Assembly (NCBI GenBank): GCA_963825865.1
Contig: CAWGVG010000057.1
Coordinates: 32,001-96,000 of the forward strand
Length of the DNA: 64,000 bases
Direction: 5' to 3'
From: an uncultured Nitrososphaeraceae archaeon
GTDB taxonomy: Archaea; Thermoproteota; Nitrososphaeria; Nitrososphaerales; Nitrososphaeraceae
Numbering within the stretch: position 1 is the stretch's first letter; every line of letters begins with the position of its first letter. Made by a program: the position numbers and the translations under genes. This document shows positions 22,149 through 34,500 of this stretch, one piece after another. Below the pieces are notes generated by a model. That model saw only the letters and a list, made by a program, of their open reading frames with translations, was not told the origin of the DNA and made no database searches.

Positions 22149-22931
22149 TTATAATCTCCTTTTCAAAAAAGAATCAGAATTCTTTTTAATGATATCTTTG
22201 GCTTCCTCATATGTCATTTCAAGTACATCAGCAGCACAACTTACAACACTTATCAAAAAGGAGCTGGATAGCGACGTAAGATTTTTAAAACATCTAGAAT
22301 ATTTTACAGGCCCGTCAGTTTCAACAAGAAATCTATCTCTGTCCGTATTCTTCAGTAAGACTTTCTTCTCATCTGAGTAAACCAAAACGGGTCCATATGA
22401 AACGTACAAGCCCATATCCATAATTTTATTTAATTGCCTCTTGCTTCCGGCAAACCAGTGCAAAAGCACATTTCCAGTGTTATATGTCTTCAAAATTTCC
22501 AGTATGTCATCTAATGATTTTCTGGAATGGATTGAAACTGGTTTTTTGGTCGTTTCAGAAAGGCTGAGCATAGAGTTAAAAACTTCTCTCTGTTTTTCAT
22601 ATGAACTTTTATTATTATATTCTAAATATGTGCGATCAAGACCGATCTCACCAATACCGTCAATCATGGCAATATTGTTATTAAAAATTTTAATAAATTC
22701 CGAAACATCTTCTGTATCCGCAAATTCCGGATGTATTCCAATAAATTGCGTCACAACGTCGCGGGTTGAATCGTTAAAAAGCTCAAAACTTCTAAGGGAA
22801 GTTTTAATGTCTACAGTTACCGAACATGCGTTAATTTTTAACGCTCTCAGGTTATTAAGAATTTGTTGTATGTATCCAGAATATTCATGGTCGGTTAAAT
22901 GGATGTGTGCATCAAATAATAATTGCTGCAA
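22149..22931 (-). CDS. tatD: TatD family nuclease/hydrolase
   Basis: Motifs DAHIH, GIHPE, GEIGLD, SIHSR, LHWFAG, ETDGP. Confidence 0.92.
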   Translation of the reverse strand: MQQLLFDAHIHLTDHEYSGYIQQILNNLRALKINACSVTVDIKTSLRSFELFNDSTRDVVTQFIGIHPEFADTEDVSEFIKIFNNNIAMIDGIGEIGLDRTYLEYNNKSSYEKQREVFNSMLSLSETTKKPVSIHSRKSLDDILEILKTYNTGNVLLHWFAGSKRQLNKIMDMGLYVSYGPVLVYSDEKKVLLKNTDRDRFLVETDGPVKYSRCFKNLTSLSSSFLISVVSCAADVLEMTYEEAKDIIKKNSDSFLKRRL

Positions 22932-23361
22932 ATGATCCTACTATGATGTCACTGATAAAATAACCTTTGTAGAAGTATAATATATTGGTGTTTTCCCTAT
23001 CAAATTTAGGCGCTTAGATACCTAAAATGCTGTAGCATTATTAAATGCGATTGTCTGTATCTATACCACATTTTAGCTAGCAATATAATATCTAGACTAA
23101 AAAAACAGCATTAGCTTAAACATTACAACGTCCTATGACAAGAAAAGAGAAAATGATGGTTGAACAGAACTGTGTTTATAATGGACAGCGGATCCATGCA
23201 GAAGTTTGTTGTTATCTTGGCCTTCATGAGCTACTTCTAGAGAGAGAAAAGAATGGACATAAAAAAATGTAAGAAAAGACTCAACTATGCTCAAAGCTAA
23301 TTATCGTTTTGATTATTGCTAACAGCGATCTAATAAAGTACGGTAACGAATATTGATAAAG

Positions 23362-23668
23362 TCATTTTGCTCGAGAAATAGAGACTTCTATTGTAGAAAC
23401 GTTTCGAGGCCTGCCATCTTGAGATTGTACCTATTTCAGAGCCTATCTTTACAGGACCGATCTTGTAACCTAAAGTATCCATTCTTTTTACAATTATCTG
23501 TGCAACATCAACAGCTCTTGTTATGCTCTTTCCTCTAGCTTTTATAACTACAACCGGCTCATTAGCAAGTTGCACCAGAGTTGCAGTAACATAAGTCATC
23601 AGTGGTTTTTTCCCCACAAAAATCTCATTATTTGCTTTGTTTTCTGTATTTGCGTTGCTTGTCGTCAT
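23362..23668 (-). CDS. albA: chromatin protein Alba, frameshifted near 23430
   Basis: IFVGKKPLMTYV, VIKARGKSITRAVDVAQI, KIGSE; an alternate frame reads SQDGRPRNVSTIEVSISRAK*. Confidence 0.92.
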
Positions 23669-23734
23669 TATTCAAAATTATCTCTTATGGTAGAATATAA
23701 TGTTTGTTGATTATTGGTTCCATAATTATGTAAT

Positions 23735-23956
23735 TCAGCAATACTTTCTTAATATATTTTCAATGTCCATTGGATTTGCAGAGATTTCCTTTACAGCCAT
23801 GGGATCTTCAACTTCATAACAGTGAAGTAATTCTTGCTCATCCTTGTAGAAGAGGAAAACCCTTTTCTCAAATATGCAATGATATAATTGATCAACCATC
23901 ATTTTTTCCAGTTGCAATTTAATGCCATCAGACTGAACTATTACAGGATATTCCAA
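23735..23956 (-). CDS. hypothetical protein (73 aa)
   Basis: Compact ORF co-oriented upstream of alba (YHCIFEKRVFLFYKD...CYEVED). Confidence 0.7.
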   Translation of the reverse strand: MEYPVIVQSDGIKLQLEKMMVDQLYHCIFEKRVFLFYKDEQELLHCYEVEDPMAVKEISANPMDIENILRKYC

Positions 23957-24269
23957 GATAGATATGGACTATTCGTTAAAGGTAAAGAAAAATCTATCTA
24001 ATATAAAGTAAAATATTTCTAAATTCACATCATGATCTCATCTAAAGCCAAAGATAAAACTACTTACAAAATTTATTTTAGTGTTCTAGTGAATAACTAG
24101 TATGTATAGATTAACGATGTTGGTTTCTTTCTAATATGGAAAGAAGGTTAATTATTATTATTATCTCCTACTTCTTACATCATCTACTATACTTCACCTT
24201 TTATTTTTCCTATTCTATTAACGGAACAGAAACTTACAATCTTCTATTAAGGAGTTAACTTTCTTCCTT

Positions 24270-24345
24270 TGAGTTCAGGCTTTTGCTGGTTACAATCATT
24301 TTTGATAATCCCCTCATGTAATTTTGGAAAAAGATGGTCGTGGAT
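24270..24345 (-). repeat. inverted copy of the 3' end of the radical SAM gene (partner ~25410-25482)
   Basis: 33-bp perfect core: 24294-24326 is the reverse complement of 25428-25460, flanked by imperfect matches. Confidence 0.9.
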
Positions 24346-24417
24346 TTAATCATATTCTGATATATGAAGCGTAGTTGTAAGAAATGCTTAATAGATTTAG
24401 TTCTCTGAGATTTAGTA

Positions 24418-25490
24418 TTGGTAGTTGATACTATACGTACTATCAAAATTTTAGGAAAATGGTCGGGCAACATGGTTATAAGGCGAAGGCGTCCTTTAAT
24501 CGCTGTTTTTAGTCTAACTCACTATTGTAACTTTTATTGTCCAATGTGTCCTTTTGGGGACTCTGATAAGGAGGGTCAAATCAAAATTGCCAAGAGAGAT
24601 GATCTTTCTACTGAGCAATGGAAACTGATTTTCGATAAGGTTTCAAAGTATTGCATCTGGTCTATAATAGAAGGTGGAGAACCGACTAGCCGTCCTGACT
24701 TTATGGACCTTGTCAGACATCTTCACAACCTACATCTTCCTATCACATTGATTACTAATTGCTCTCTTCTCCACACTGTCGAACTTGATGAACTAAAGAG
24801 GTATATTCAATTCATTACCTGCAGTATTGATTCTTTGTTTGAAGAATCGTATTGCAAGATACGTGGCGTTCCTCCCCATATGTTACAAGAGTGTAATGAA
24901 TAATCTGCATCTTTTAAACGAACGTAGAGTACCTCACTACCTTAACAGTGTCATAACAAAGTACAATACAGAAGAATTCATCAATCAAACTTATTTTGAT
25001 AAGGCTAAGGAACTAGGTATAAAGGCAGTTTCATTTACATTTGTTGAAGATAGATCTGACGTTCCTTATTCTTTACTTCCTGACCGCCAAACCATGGTCA
25101 TGGTCTGCAATAGCATACTAGACTATATGAAAAACACATTCATCTCCACAAATAATGATACCATCCAAATATTTTGAACAAATAATAGAACATGGACGAG
25201 GGATATTCGACGAGTGCGGCGTGTGGAAAAGTGTATTTGTTAATGGTAATGGTAGTGTCATGGTTCCATGTTGGAAATTTAATAGCTCAGAAAATACTTA
25301 TAACCTACTAGAGAAAAGCATAGAGGAAATTTGGAATGCTCCACAATGGGACATTGCTAGTACCTGCCATGACTGCAAAGTGCTTGGCTGTATATGGTAT
25401 TCCTCTCAGTCAATAACCACCTTTGCACAAAATTACATGAGGGGATTATCAAAAATGATTAGTCAGCAAAATCCTGAACTCAGAGTATAA
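24418..25490 (+). CDS. radical SAM protein with a SPASM/twitch-like C-terminal domain, two frameshifts
   Basis: CNFYCPMC (CxxxCxxC), EGGEP, ITNCS; C-terminal ECG..VMVPCW...CHDCKVLGC. Confidence 0.88.
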
Positions 25491-26021
25491 TATGTACAAT
25501 ATTAAATGTTAGCAGCATCTTCGATTCCTGTTAGTATGTCCATTCTAGTTTAGCATATTTTAAATATACTCAATTTTTTTATTGATACTACAAATTTTCG
25601 TATTGTTCATATTGGTTTAGACAACTACCATCACCACTGGCGAACTGTCTTCTACAGGTATTCCATCGGCTGAAATCTCTATTACTGAAAGAGGAAACGC
25701 AAGAGCACTAGGTAAGAGAAAATGGGTGATAATAGTAGTTTATGACCGAAACTATCACTCAATTACCAATAGACGAATGCAAGGATTGGATTTTGCATAG
25801 ATTGGATATTAAAGAACAGTATCGTACTATTGGATATGCTATGCATGCATACACACATACAAGTATACTAAGTTCGTTATCTTTATGTCCTGCTAGTCTA
25901 AATTTACTCTACTCAATGTCACGACGACACTGAAATGGATGGCGCTCATATGGAGAGCAGTGCTTTCACCAAGGATAAATAGTATAAGAAGGACTTATTG
26001 AAATTGAGGTAGAAAAATAAT

Positions 26022-27067
26022 ATGCGTTCAATCCAAGTTTCCAAGCCTAATGGGCCTTTTGAAACGATAGAACGAGACATTCCGGAACCTAATACTGCAC
26101 AAGTCCGCATCAAAGTTCAAGCCTGCGGCATATGCCACAGTGACTCGATGATGAAAGAAGGATTATTCCCATGAGTCCAGTACCCAAGAGTTCCTGGTCA
26201 CGAGGTCGCAGGTATTATCGATGAAGTAGGAAAAGATGTAGTTGAATGGAAGCCTGGGCAGCGAGTCGCTATCGGCTGGCATGGTGGCCAGTGTGGTTAC
26301 TGAGACTCTTGTCGGCGGAGATTTCTTCGCATGCCGCTACGCACGAGTGACTGGCTTTATCTACGATGGCGGCTATGCAGACTATATGATTGCGTCCCCC
26401 ACAAGCGCCAGCGCTGATCCCCGACCAACTTTCAGCTACAGATGCTGCACCGCTAATGTGTGCTGGTATCACCACCTTTAATGCTCTTCGGAACAGCGGC
26501 GCATGTGTAGGCGATGTAGTAGCTATACGTGGGGTGGTGGGTTTGGCCATCTAGGCATTCAGTTTGCAGCCAAGATGGGTTTTAAGACCATTGCCATTGC
26601 GCGAGGAAAGGATAAGGAGGAGATGGTGAAAAAGCTTGGCGCTATTGATTACATCGATAGCCAGTCACAGAATGTCGTCGAAGAACTTGCTAAGATGGGA
26701 GACGCTAGGGTCATCCTTGCAACCGTCCCAAGCGGCAAAGCAATGAGTGCAGTTCTGGGCGCTCTGGGCGTCAACGGGAAGCTGAATCATCATTGGTGCT
26801 TCTGATGAGCCGCTCCAAGTGCCTACCAATCAATTCATATCAGGACGTCAATCAATAGTGGGCTGGTACAGCGGGTCGTCGATCGATTCTCAAGATACCC
26901 TTACCTTTAGTGCGCTTTCCGGTGTACGGTCTATAAATGAAATCTTTCCTCTGGATAGTGCAGCAGAGGCCTACGAGGTAATGATGAACGGTAAGGCACG
27001 ATTTCGAGCTGTCCTTACAACAGGGAGTGTATATAGACAACTGCCAAGTAATAGATTATACATTTAA
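26022..27067 (+). pseudogene. Zn-dependent (MDR) alcohol dehydrogenase pseudogene
   Basis: Motifs CGICHSD, PGHE, LMCAGITTFNAL, GGFGHLGIQFA. In-frame TGA at 26172 and 26301 plus several frameshifts. GC is visibly higher than the flanks. Confidence 0.85.
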
Positions 27068-27194
27068 TGATAAAACCCGTTTGTTCTAGGATCTTGACTC
27101 TATTTACGACATTATAAAAAACAATTCGAGTTTACTAAATACATGATACCACGTGAAATAGAAAAGAGTCTACCTGACCATTTGATTTAAATAA

Positions 27195-27650
27195 TTGTAC
27201 CTAACATTTTTAGATGCTTTTATGACTAAGGATGTGCGGCGAAACTCACATTTCAGGATTATGTTTGTTGATGATGAGAAAGATATATTATCTACTATTA
27301 AAAGAGGTCTAGAATCAAATACTACTTTCAAAGTTGATACATTCTCTAGTGGCGAATCAGCTTTGCAGGCTTTTGAAAACCATGTTGAAAACTATTATGA
27401 TCTAGTCATTACTGATATTAGAATGCCTAAAATGAGTGGTTTTGAATTATATCGTCGTATCAAAGAGAAGAATTCATCGATGAAGATTGCATTTATTACA
27501 GCATTTGAAATAAACAAAGAGGAATTTAGCAAGGTTATGCCATCTGTTAATGTAATCGATTTTATAAGCAAACCACTCAGTGTATCGAATTTGATAACAA
27601 AATTGAAGTCAATGCTAGCAAGCTATCCAACAAGTCGTGCTACTATATAG
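27195..27650 (+). CDS. stand-alone response regulator receiver protein
   Basis: Motifs FVDDE, DLVITDIRMPKMSG, FITA, FISKP. Confidence 0.92.
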   Translation: MYLTFLDAFMTKDVRRNSHFRIMFVDDEKDILSTIKRGLESNTTFKVDTFSSGESALQAFENHVENYYDLVITDIRMPKMSGFELYRRIKEKNSSMKIAFITAFEINKEEFSKVMPSVNVIDFISKPLSVSNLITKLKSMLASYPTSRATI

Positions 27651-27859
27651 TAATATCACATTTATAAGCCTGAAATTTGTAAAATTTTACAAATGTTATT
27701 ATTAGGACATATCTATAGAAAGGGAATTCTGGCGTTAAAACTCAAACTGAAAGCACGAGCGGAGATTCAAAATACATCTTTAGTTAGCACGTTTGAAATA
27801 TTTTTCATGTTCAGGTTCTACTTGTATAGTTGCATGATTTATACTGTAACGCTCTGACA

Positions 27860-28010
27860 AAACCTTGTTAATCATGTGTACTGCCATGTTTGATCGACTT
27901 AACGTATGGTCAATACATGAAGATCATGTACATCAATTACTTTTTTTTATTGAACTTTATTTCTTGAATGTTTACTTCCAACTGTGCTCCTTCAAGCAAG
28001 ATATAGTTCC
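27860..28010 (-). pseudogene. possible cation diffusion facilitator (CzcD-like) C-terminal remnant
   Basis: Manual translation LLEGAQ...*KKVIDVHDLHVLTI...AVH resembles the CDF cytosolic domain. Confidence 0.4.
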
Positions 28011-28329
28011 ATTTACAATACTGTATCCGTTTCTCGCAATAAGCCCTGCATGATCATGATCTTAAAAATGGTCTACAGATGCTTCGTGTGGTAGAAGATC
28101 CCTCTATCTGTGAAGATCCAGACAGCGAATATATTGTGAAGACCCTCATAAGATGATGGTCAACGATAACCATAGCCCACTATAAAGCTAGTTAGTATAT
28201 ATCGACAACCATCGAATATGGTAGGAATAATGGTTGTAATAAATTAGCAATAGAATGAAGGTTTTTATATGTGTGGGTCGATGTCACGGGCCTTGTTCTT
28301 ATATTATCGTCATCATTTTTTCCCGCGTT

Positions 28330-28569
28330 CTATTCTTGACCTTCAATTACAATCAGAGTTAGCGTTGATTTGATTTTATCAATTCTTCTTATACGCCAGG
28401 TAATAGTTTCTTTTAGTTTGTCCATTGCATCTGTACTAACCTTTACGAGTAAGTCGTAAACGCCATATGTGCCATAAACCTCCACCACTTCCTGCAATTC
28501 CTCAAGTTCATTAATAATCTCTTCCTCAAAGCCAAAATCACAATTGATTAAGACGTATGCTGTTGCCAT
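28330..28569 (-). CDS. Lrp/AsnC ligand-binding-domain protein
   Basis: MATAYVLINCD...YGTYGVYDLLVKV...WRIRRIDKIKSTLTL. Confidence 0.9.
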   Translation of the reverse strand: MATAYVLINCDFGFEEEIINELEELQEVVEVYGTYGVYDLLVKVSTDAMDKLKETITWRIRRIDKIKSTLTLIVIEGQE

Positions 28570-28944
28570 AATGTATATGTTGTTATAGGAATCAATGGTA
28601 ATAACCATTATGAATTGGCTTATACAGATAAACCATATGGTGGTATCAATGAATAATATATCTATAATAGTAATAACAGACTCATTGATGAAAACAATCT
28701 TAATTAAATCTGAAATGAATTTTCTTGCCTTATGAGGTGGCTTTAGGATTATTTTGTTAATTCAATCAAGCCAAGTTATGAGTTTAATCTTACATTCCTT
28801 TCTTGAATATCTAAATCTTTTTTGTCATAGCAGACTTGATTACATTATGTTCTAACGTATTCACTTGTGATTGGGATTATTCCCACTAGTCATTGATTAG
28901 AAATTGTTTATATTGTCAACCGTTCAAATATAGCTGCTGGGCTT

Positions 28945-29802
28945 TTGAACGAGATTCTGGAGATAAGTAATATTAAGAAGTATTTTCTTGTTAAAAAGAA
29001 CTTTCGCGAGATCTTTCACTTAACTGAACGGCAGTACATCAAAGCAGTAGATGATGTAAGTTTCACGATTGAGAAAGGAAGAGTTTTTGTTCTTGCTGGA
29101 GGATCTGGTTCTGGCAAGACTACTTTGGCTAGGTTAATTCTGCGTGCAATTGAGCCAGACAGTGGATCCATAATATTCAATGGAGAAGATATTACGAAAA
29201 ATACTGATAACAAATTAAGAAAATTTCGTACAAATGTTCAAATGATACATCAGGATCCATTCACATCGCTAAATCCTCGTATGAAAATAATGGACATAGT
29301 CATGGAGCCGTTGAATATTCATGATAAACAAAATTCAAAATGTGAACGAAGAGAAAAAGTATTGAGATCTTTAGAGAATGTACGGTTAGAACCTGCTGGA
29401 GATATTGCTGAAAAATTTCCACATATGCTTTCTGGAGGTCAGAGACAGAGAGTAGCCTTAGCAAGATCACTAGTTCTCAAACCAAAATTAGTTATAGCAG
29501 ATGAGCCTGTTTCGAATCTCGACGTCTCTGTAAGAGCTGAAATATTAGATCTTATGAAAAATTTGAAAGACAGATTCCAAATTTCTTTCCTTTATATTAC
29601 ACATGATCTTTCTACATCTAGGTATATTGGTGACGATATAGCAATAATGTATGCAGGTAAAATAGTTGAGATGGGGCACATAGATCAAGTTTTACTAAAT
29701 CCACTTCATCCTTATACACAGGCATTAATTGATGCGATTCCCGACCCTGATCCTGATAATTCGCAAAGAGAAAAAATATCTATATCGGGCAAGGAAAAGT
29801 AA
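28945..29802 (+). CDS. oligopeptide/dipeptide ABC transporter ATP-binding subunit (OppF/AppF-like)
   Basis: Motifs GGSGSGKTT, QDPFTSLNP, LSGGQRQR, ADEP, ITHD, HPYTQAL. Confidence 0.92.
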   Translation: MNEILEISNIKKYFLVKKNFREIFHLTERQYIKAVDDVSFTIEKGRVFVLAGGSGSGKTTLARLILRAIEPDSGSIIFNGEDITKNTDNKLRKFRTNVQMIHQDPFTSLNPRMKIMDIVMEPLNIHDKQNSKCERREKVLRSLENVRLEPAGDIAEKFPHMLSGGQRQRVALARSLVLKPKLVIADEPVSNLDVSVRAEILDLMKNLKDRFQISFLYITHDLSTSRYIGDDIAIMYAGKIVEMGHIDQVLLNPLHPYTQALIDAIPDPDPDNSQREKISISGKEK

Positions 29803-30075
29803 CATACATAGCAGTTGTATGTCTTGTTATAAATGAATATATGCAAAAACCATCCTAACTATCATGTAAAACAACCACTATATCTCATTTGCATTCAGAT
29901 TCCTTTAACAGAGATTTCCATTTTAGTGTTGTTAGAATATAATGTTCATATAAAAGAACTTTTTATTATTTTTGACTTTACACAAATACCACTATTTTAA
30001 TATATTTTTGGAGTGCATATGGTATGCTACTGCTACTTTATATCATAGTCAACAAAAATGGCAGTAAGACTGTAG

Positions 30076-30681
30076 TTATTTTGAATTGGTTCCTATTGTT
30101 AGTACTTCCAGATTCTTTTTCATATCACGAACTGCCTTTTTCAATTCATGGATGTCTTTTAATATTTCATCTACTTCGCTCCTTGTAGGAAGATTCAAAA
30201 TTTCGAAATTCTTTTCAGCAATATTCTGCAGATGTTTTAACAGATCAAGCTGACTACTAGTTACTTTGCTATTTGTAACTGCAAAGTTCTTGGAACCAAA
30301 TAATTCTGTAAAGGCATTCTCAAATGCATCTATTGCAACCATTCTATAATTTTCAAAATCTTCTTTTGAATTGTTGTATTGTTTAGGCGCTCGCTGGGAA
30401 ACTTCTTTCATAGCCTGTAAATAAGCGTTATTCATTTCAACATGGTATTCTTTAAGATTAATTTGTAACTGGATCAGAGTTTGGCCTACGTTGAAGAGTT
30501 CCTGCGCATAAGAGATAAAATCTTTTGAAAAGGCTTGAAAAGGACCAACTGTAGGCAGTTTAATCAATTCTAACCAACCGTTAAATATTTTTTTTATCTG
30601 TTCTTGTTGTTTGCTGAAATCAGACTCGGATTTACTTTGTAACTGTTTATCATCATCATTGATGGTATCTCCCATAATCAT
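30076..30681 (-). CDS. phaE: polyhydroxyalkanoate synthase class III subunit PhaE-like
   Basis: C-terminal LNLPTRSEVDEILKDIHELKK signature followed by a coiled coil. Confidence 0.75.
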   Translation of the reverse strand: MIMGDTINDDDKQLQSKSESDFSKQQEQIKKIFNGWLELIKLPTVGPFQAFSKDFISYAQELFNVGQTLIQLQINLKEYHVEMNNAYLQAMKEVSQRAPKQYNNSKEDFENYRMVAIDAFENAFTELFGSKNFAVTNSKVTSSQLDLLKHLQNIAEKNFEILNLPTRSEVDEILKDIHELKKAVRDMKKNLEVLTIGTNSK

Positions 30682-31514
30682 TTAGTTATTATATTTGTTA
30701 AAAAGATTACAATAAGGTACACGAGCAAGTTCTTTTGCTTTATAAAAATTCGACACTATTCCGCTTTTTTCAGCCTTTTTAAATAATAAGTATTTAGTTT
30801 ATTTTTAATATATCTCTGAACCTTTTACTTCCCCAATATTCGTTCTATGGTTTCGTGGCCGGTTGATTTTTATGATCCTTTGCCATTTCCTTATCTATGA
30901 ATTCCTTATTGCAAGGTAAGCAGTAGTGAGCCTCCTTCATAATTACTCCTAATGTACTCTAAATATTAAAAAAGTTTTAGAAAGCGAAAGAGATTTTGAA
31001 AAATACGCTATAATATATAGAGGAATAGATTGACATTGTTAAGGTCATCCAAGAAACTTCGATTGGGATTTAAAACATTATTAATTACATGCATAGCTTC
31101 TTAACAAGCAGCGATCAATTACTATGAAAAATTAAGAACTTTTTTTATTTTGATTAATAATCTATACCCATAAATTATCCTATATGATAATTAAGAGATT
31201 CGAATTTTGTTTGGTATAGACGCCGTAGCTCTAATTAGTAGAACTTTTTATCTGGATTCTTTATGTTGATACGTCTAACAATTTCTCTATATTCTCTTCA
31301 TGTTCTTCGAATCTGGGTATTTATTTCAAGGTCCCGAGTAAACCGTTTTTACTATAACTTGTACAAAATTTTGTATTATCTCACGGTCAACAAAGGTTAC
31401 AAACAAACCTTTTGAATTGTTGGCTGAAGGCTTGTTTGAATCATTATAACTCATAACGTTGCTTAAGAGAAGTAGAATCTGACTATTTTTTCTATTCTAT
31501 GCTTTTGCATTAGA

Positions 31515-34500
31515 TTAAGTTTCTGTAAGTGGCTCTTGCTTAGGATGCCTATACCTCACAATCTGTGACATCCCTTCTTTAGGATATACACCATAAATCA
31601 TGTGTGCTTTACCTACGCTGGTATCTTTTAAAGTAACCATGATTATCTGATTATCTTTTGAACGCATCAATAAGACTTTCGACAATCTTTCATTATTTTC
31701 AGTATCAAGATGTGCGTCAACCTCATCCATCAGATAGAATGGTGATGGTTTCAATGATTGGAGTGCTAAGAGAAAAATTGTAGCAGCCATGGTTTTCTCC
31801 CCACCAGATAATGCCCTAGATTCGCGACCAGATTTTCCAGGGAATTGGACCATTAACGTTATACCGCCTGAAAATACGTCATCTATACTCTCTATTTCTA
31901 ACCAAGCTATTCCGCCTGTAACTTCTGAAAATGTCTTTCGTATATCATTGTCAACTTTATTGAATGCATCCATGAAAACACCTTTCTTTTCTTTGACAAT
32001 TTCTTCTATGAAAATAACAATCGAATTGCGTTCACTTTCCAGTTGGTTCTTTCTATTTGACATGCCCCTATATCCCTCTATTACTTGAACATAACTTTCG
32101 TGGGCACGCAAGTTAATTTGGGTCTTTAATATTTCATACTCGTCAGTTAGTTCCTTGATAACCATATCAACATCAAACGCTTCCATCAAATCTTTGTACC
32201 CTAACCAATGCAGATCGCTGGTAAGACGTGATTCCTGGGAAGTAATATCCAAAATATCCCTTCGATATACTGCATTCTCCCTCTCAATACTATTATATTC
32301 TTTAGAGACTTTTCTCTCATTTTCTGTTAGTTGTTTTATTTTTTGCTCATATACTTGTAAAACGCTATACGATGTACCTGAAGAGTCTATTATTTGTTGT
32401 TCTTGATCTCTCAATATTTTGATCTCTGCTTCAATTGATTCTAATTTAGTTTGTAATTCATTTGATAAATCGCTCCTTTGTTTGAGCTCAACTTTTAATT
32501 CCTCATTCTCATCATCCATTCCTCTTACACGCTGTAAGCTAATTTCAATTTCGTTGTTCAGTGCTATGGAAGAGGTCGTTATCTGACGTAATTCGATATT
32601 TATTCTCTCTATAGATCTCAAAATCTCGTTCTTTTTCATATTTATTTGAGCAAATTCGTTTCTGACAACAGTATCGTCAATACTTTGCAGCCTTTCTGCT
32701 ACTCTCTTAATGGTGGGCATTAGTATTGACATACGTCTCTGATGTTTCTCTAAATCATGAAGAAGAGATCTGTACTCTGATTGAACTGATGATTTATTCA
32801 AAACAAGTTGCTCTAATGTTCTTTTTGCTTGATCTTTCGACTTAACTGTAACAGAATTTTCGAGAATTATACTGTCAATTTTTGCTAGTATTTTGATTTT
32901 CTCAAATTCTGCGTTATTGATTTTTAAGGTATTCTCGTTGAGATCACAACTCTTATTTTCAATCAATGTTTTTAATGTTGTTAATGAACATCTTAGGGCA
33001 TCTACTGAATTACTAAGAAGTATTGCCTTTGTCAGGTCTGAAATTTTGGATCCAAAATCTAGTGATGTCGATCCTCCAAATGGTTCAAAGAGCATGCCAT
33101 TAATCGACACCGCTCTATATCCTTCTTTTGCCAACATGTATGCAGCACTAGACTTCTTTACAAGGATTGTATTGCCAAATAAAAAATCTGGCAGATTCTT
33201 ATAATCTGAGTATACAAAATTAGCAAGATTGCCCACTATGTTCACATCATCATTTGAAACGTAGGACCTTTTGCCCCGACTGACAATATCCAGAGGAATA
33301 ATTTTAAGACGTGGCAATTTCTTTCTTTTTGCGTATTCTGCAAGTGAAATCATGGATTTTATATCATCGACCACAAATGCTTTCATCCATTCTGATCCTG
33401 CCGCTAGGACTGACCTTTCATAGTTTTTATCCCATTTTATTGTATTATGAACTAGTCCTTTAATTCCAAATTCTTCTGAATCTTTCATCAATTCTGCAAT
33501 AGCAAAGTCTTCGTTCATAGCATTCTTTGCAATATTCACTTTTGTCTCATATTTTACAGTTAAGTTTTCTGCCCTGTCCAAAAGCTTCAATGAGTTTGCC
33601 AGCTCCTTTTCAAGAATGATTTTTGTTTTTTTTGAATTTTCAATAAATTTTACTGCAGCATCCAATTTCGTCTTTTCTAATTCTGTCGTTTTCCTATGAT
33701 CAGCAATTATTATTTCGCTTTCATCAATTTCAGTTTTTAAAGATAAAATCTCTGATTCATTAAACTTGTTTTTATCACTGTTTATTTTTAGTTTTTCTTC
33801 CAACCTTGCTATTGAAATGTCAATGTCATTCTTAATTATGGATAACCGTTTATATCGATCTTCTTGTTTTCTTTTGACATTATTATATTTTGACGTTCTA
33901 GCAGTCAGTATGTCTATTTGAGAATTGACTCTCTCTAATTCATATTGTAAAATTGATATCTTGTCTGATCTATCATTAGTAATACTTTGCTTTTGTTCTA
34001 TTCCTGAACGCAAACTTTCTAATTTTCGAATAATGTTCTGCTTATCTGTATCTATTACATGAATTCTCTTTTCAATGTGCAGAAAGCGCTGTTGTGATTC
34101 CTTTAGCATTGCTTTCTTTCTTTCAGATTCGTATACTATTCTCGTTATTTTAGTCCCGATTTGCGCTTTAGCTTTATTTTCAACATCCATTTTTTCAATA
34201 AATATGCTCTTTTCAGACTCGATCTTTTCAATTTGTAAATGAAGTTCCTCTATCTGTTTAGATAATTCTGATGAACGTACAGTGTTGGAATCTAAAATTT
34301 TTTTTTGAAATTCTAGTTTATTTCTGATTGTCCTTATGCTATTAGAAATCGAGACTGCTTTGAACCTCTTTATCTCAGATTCTAACTGCTCATACCTTAA
34401 CTGGCCATTTCTTTCGGCTTCTAACTCATCAATTCGTTTTCGGATTTCACCCATTCTTGCAAGGGCTACTTCAAGACGACGATCGGATTCCTCTAATTGC

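Noticed and set aside
26172-26303. In-frame TGA codons in the ADH as selenocysteine or other recoding
   Set aside because: One TGA replaces an expected Gly, the gene also has several frameshifts, and no SECIS-like element was evident.
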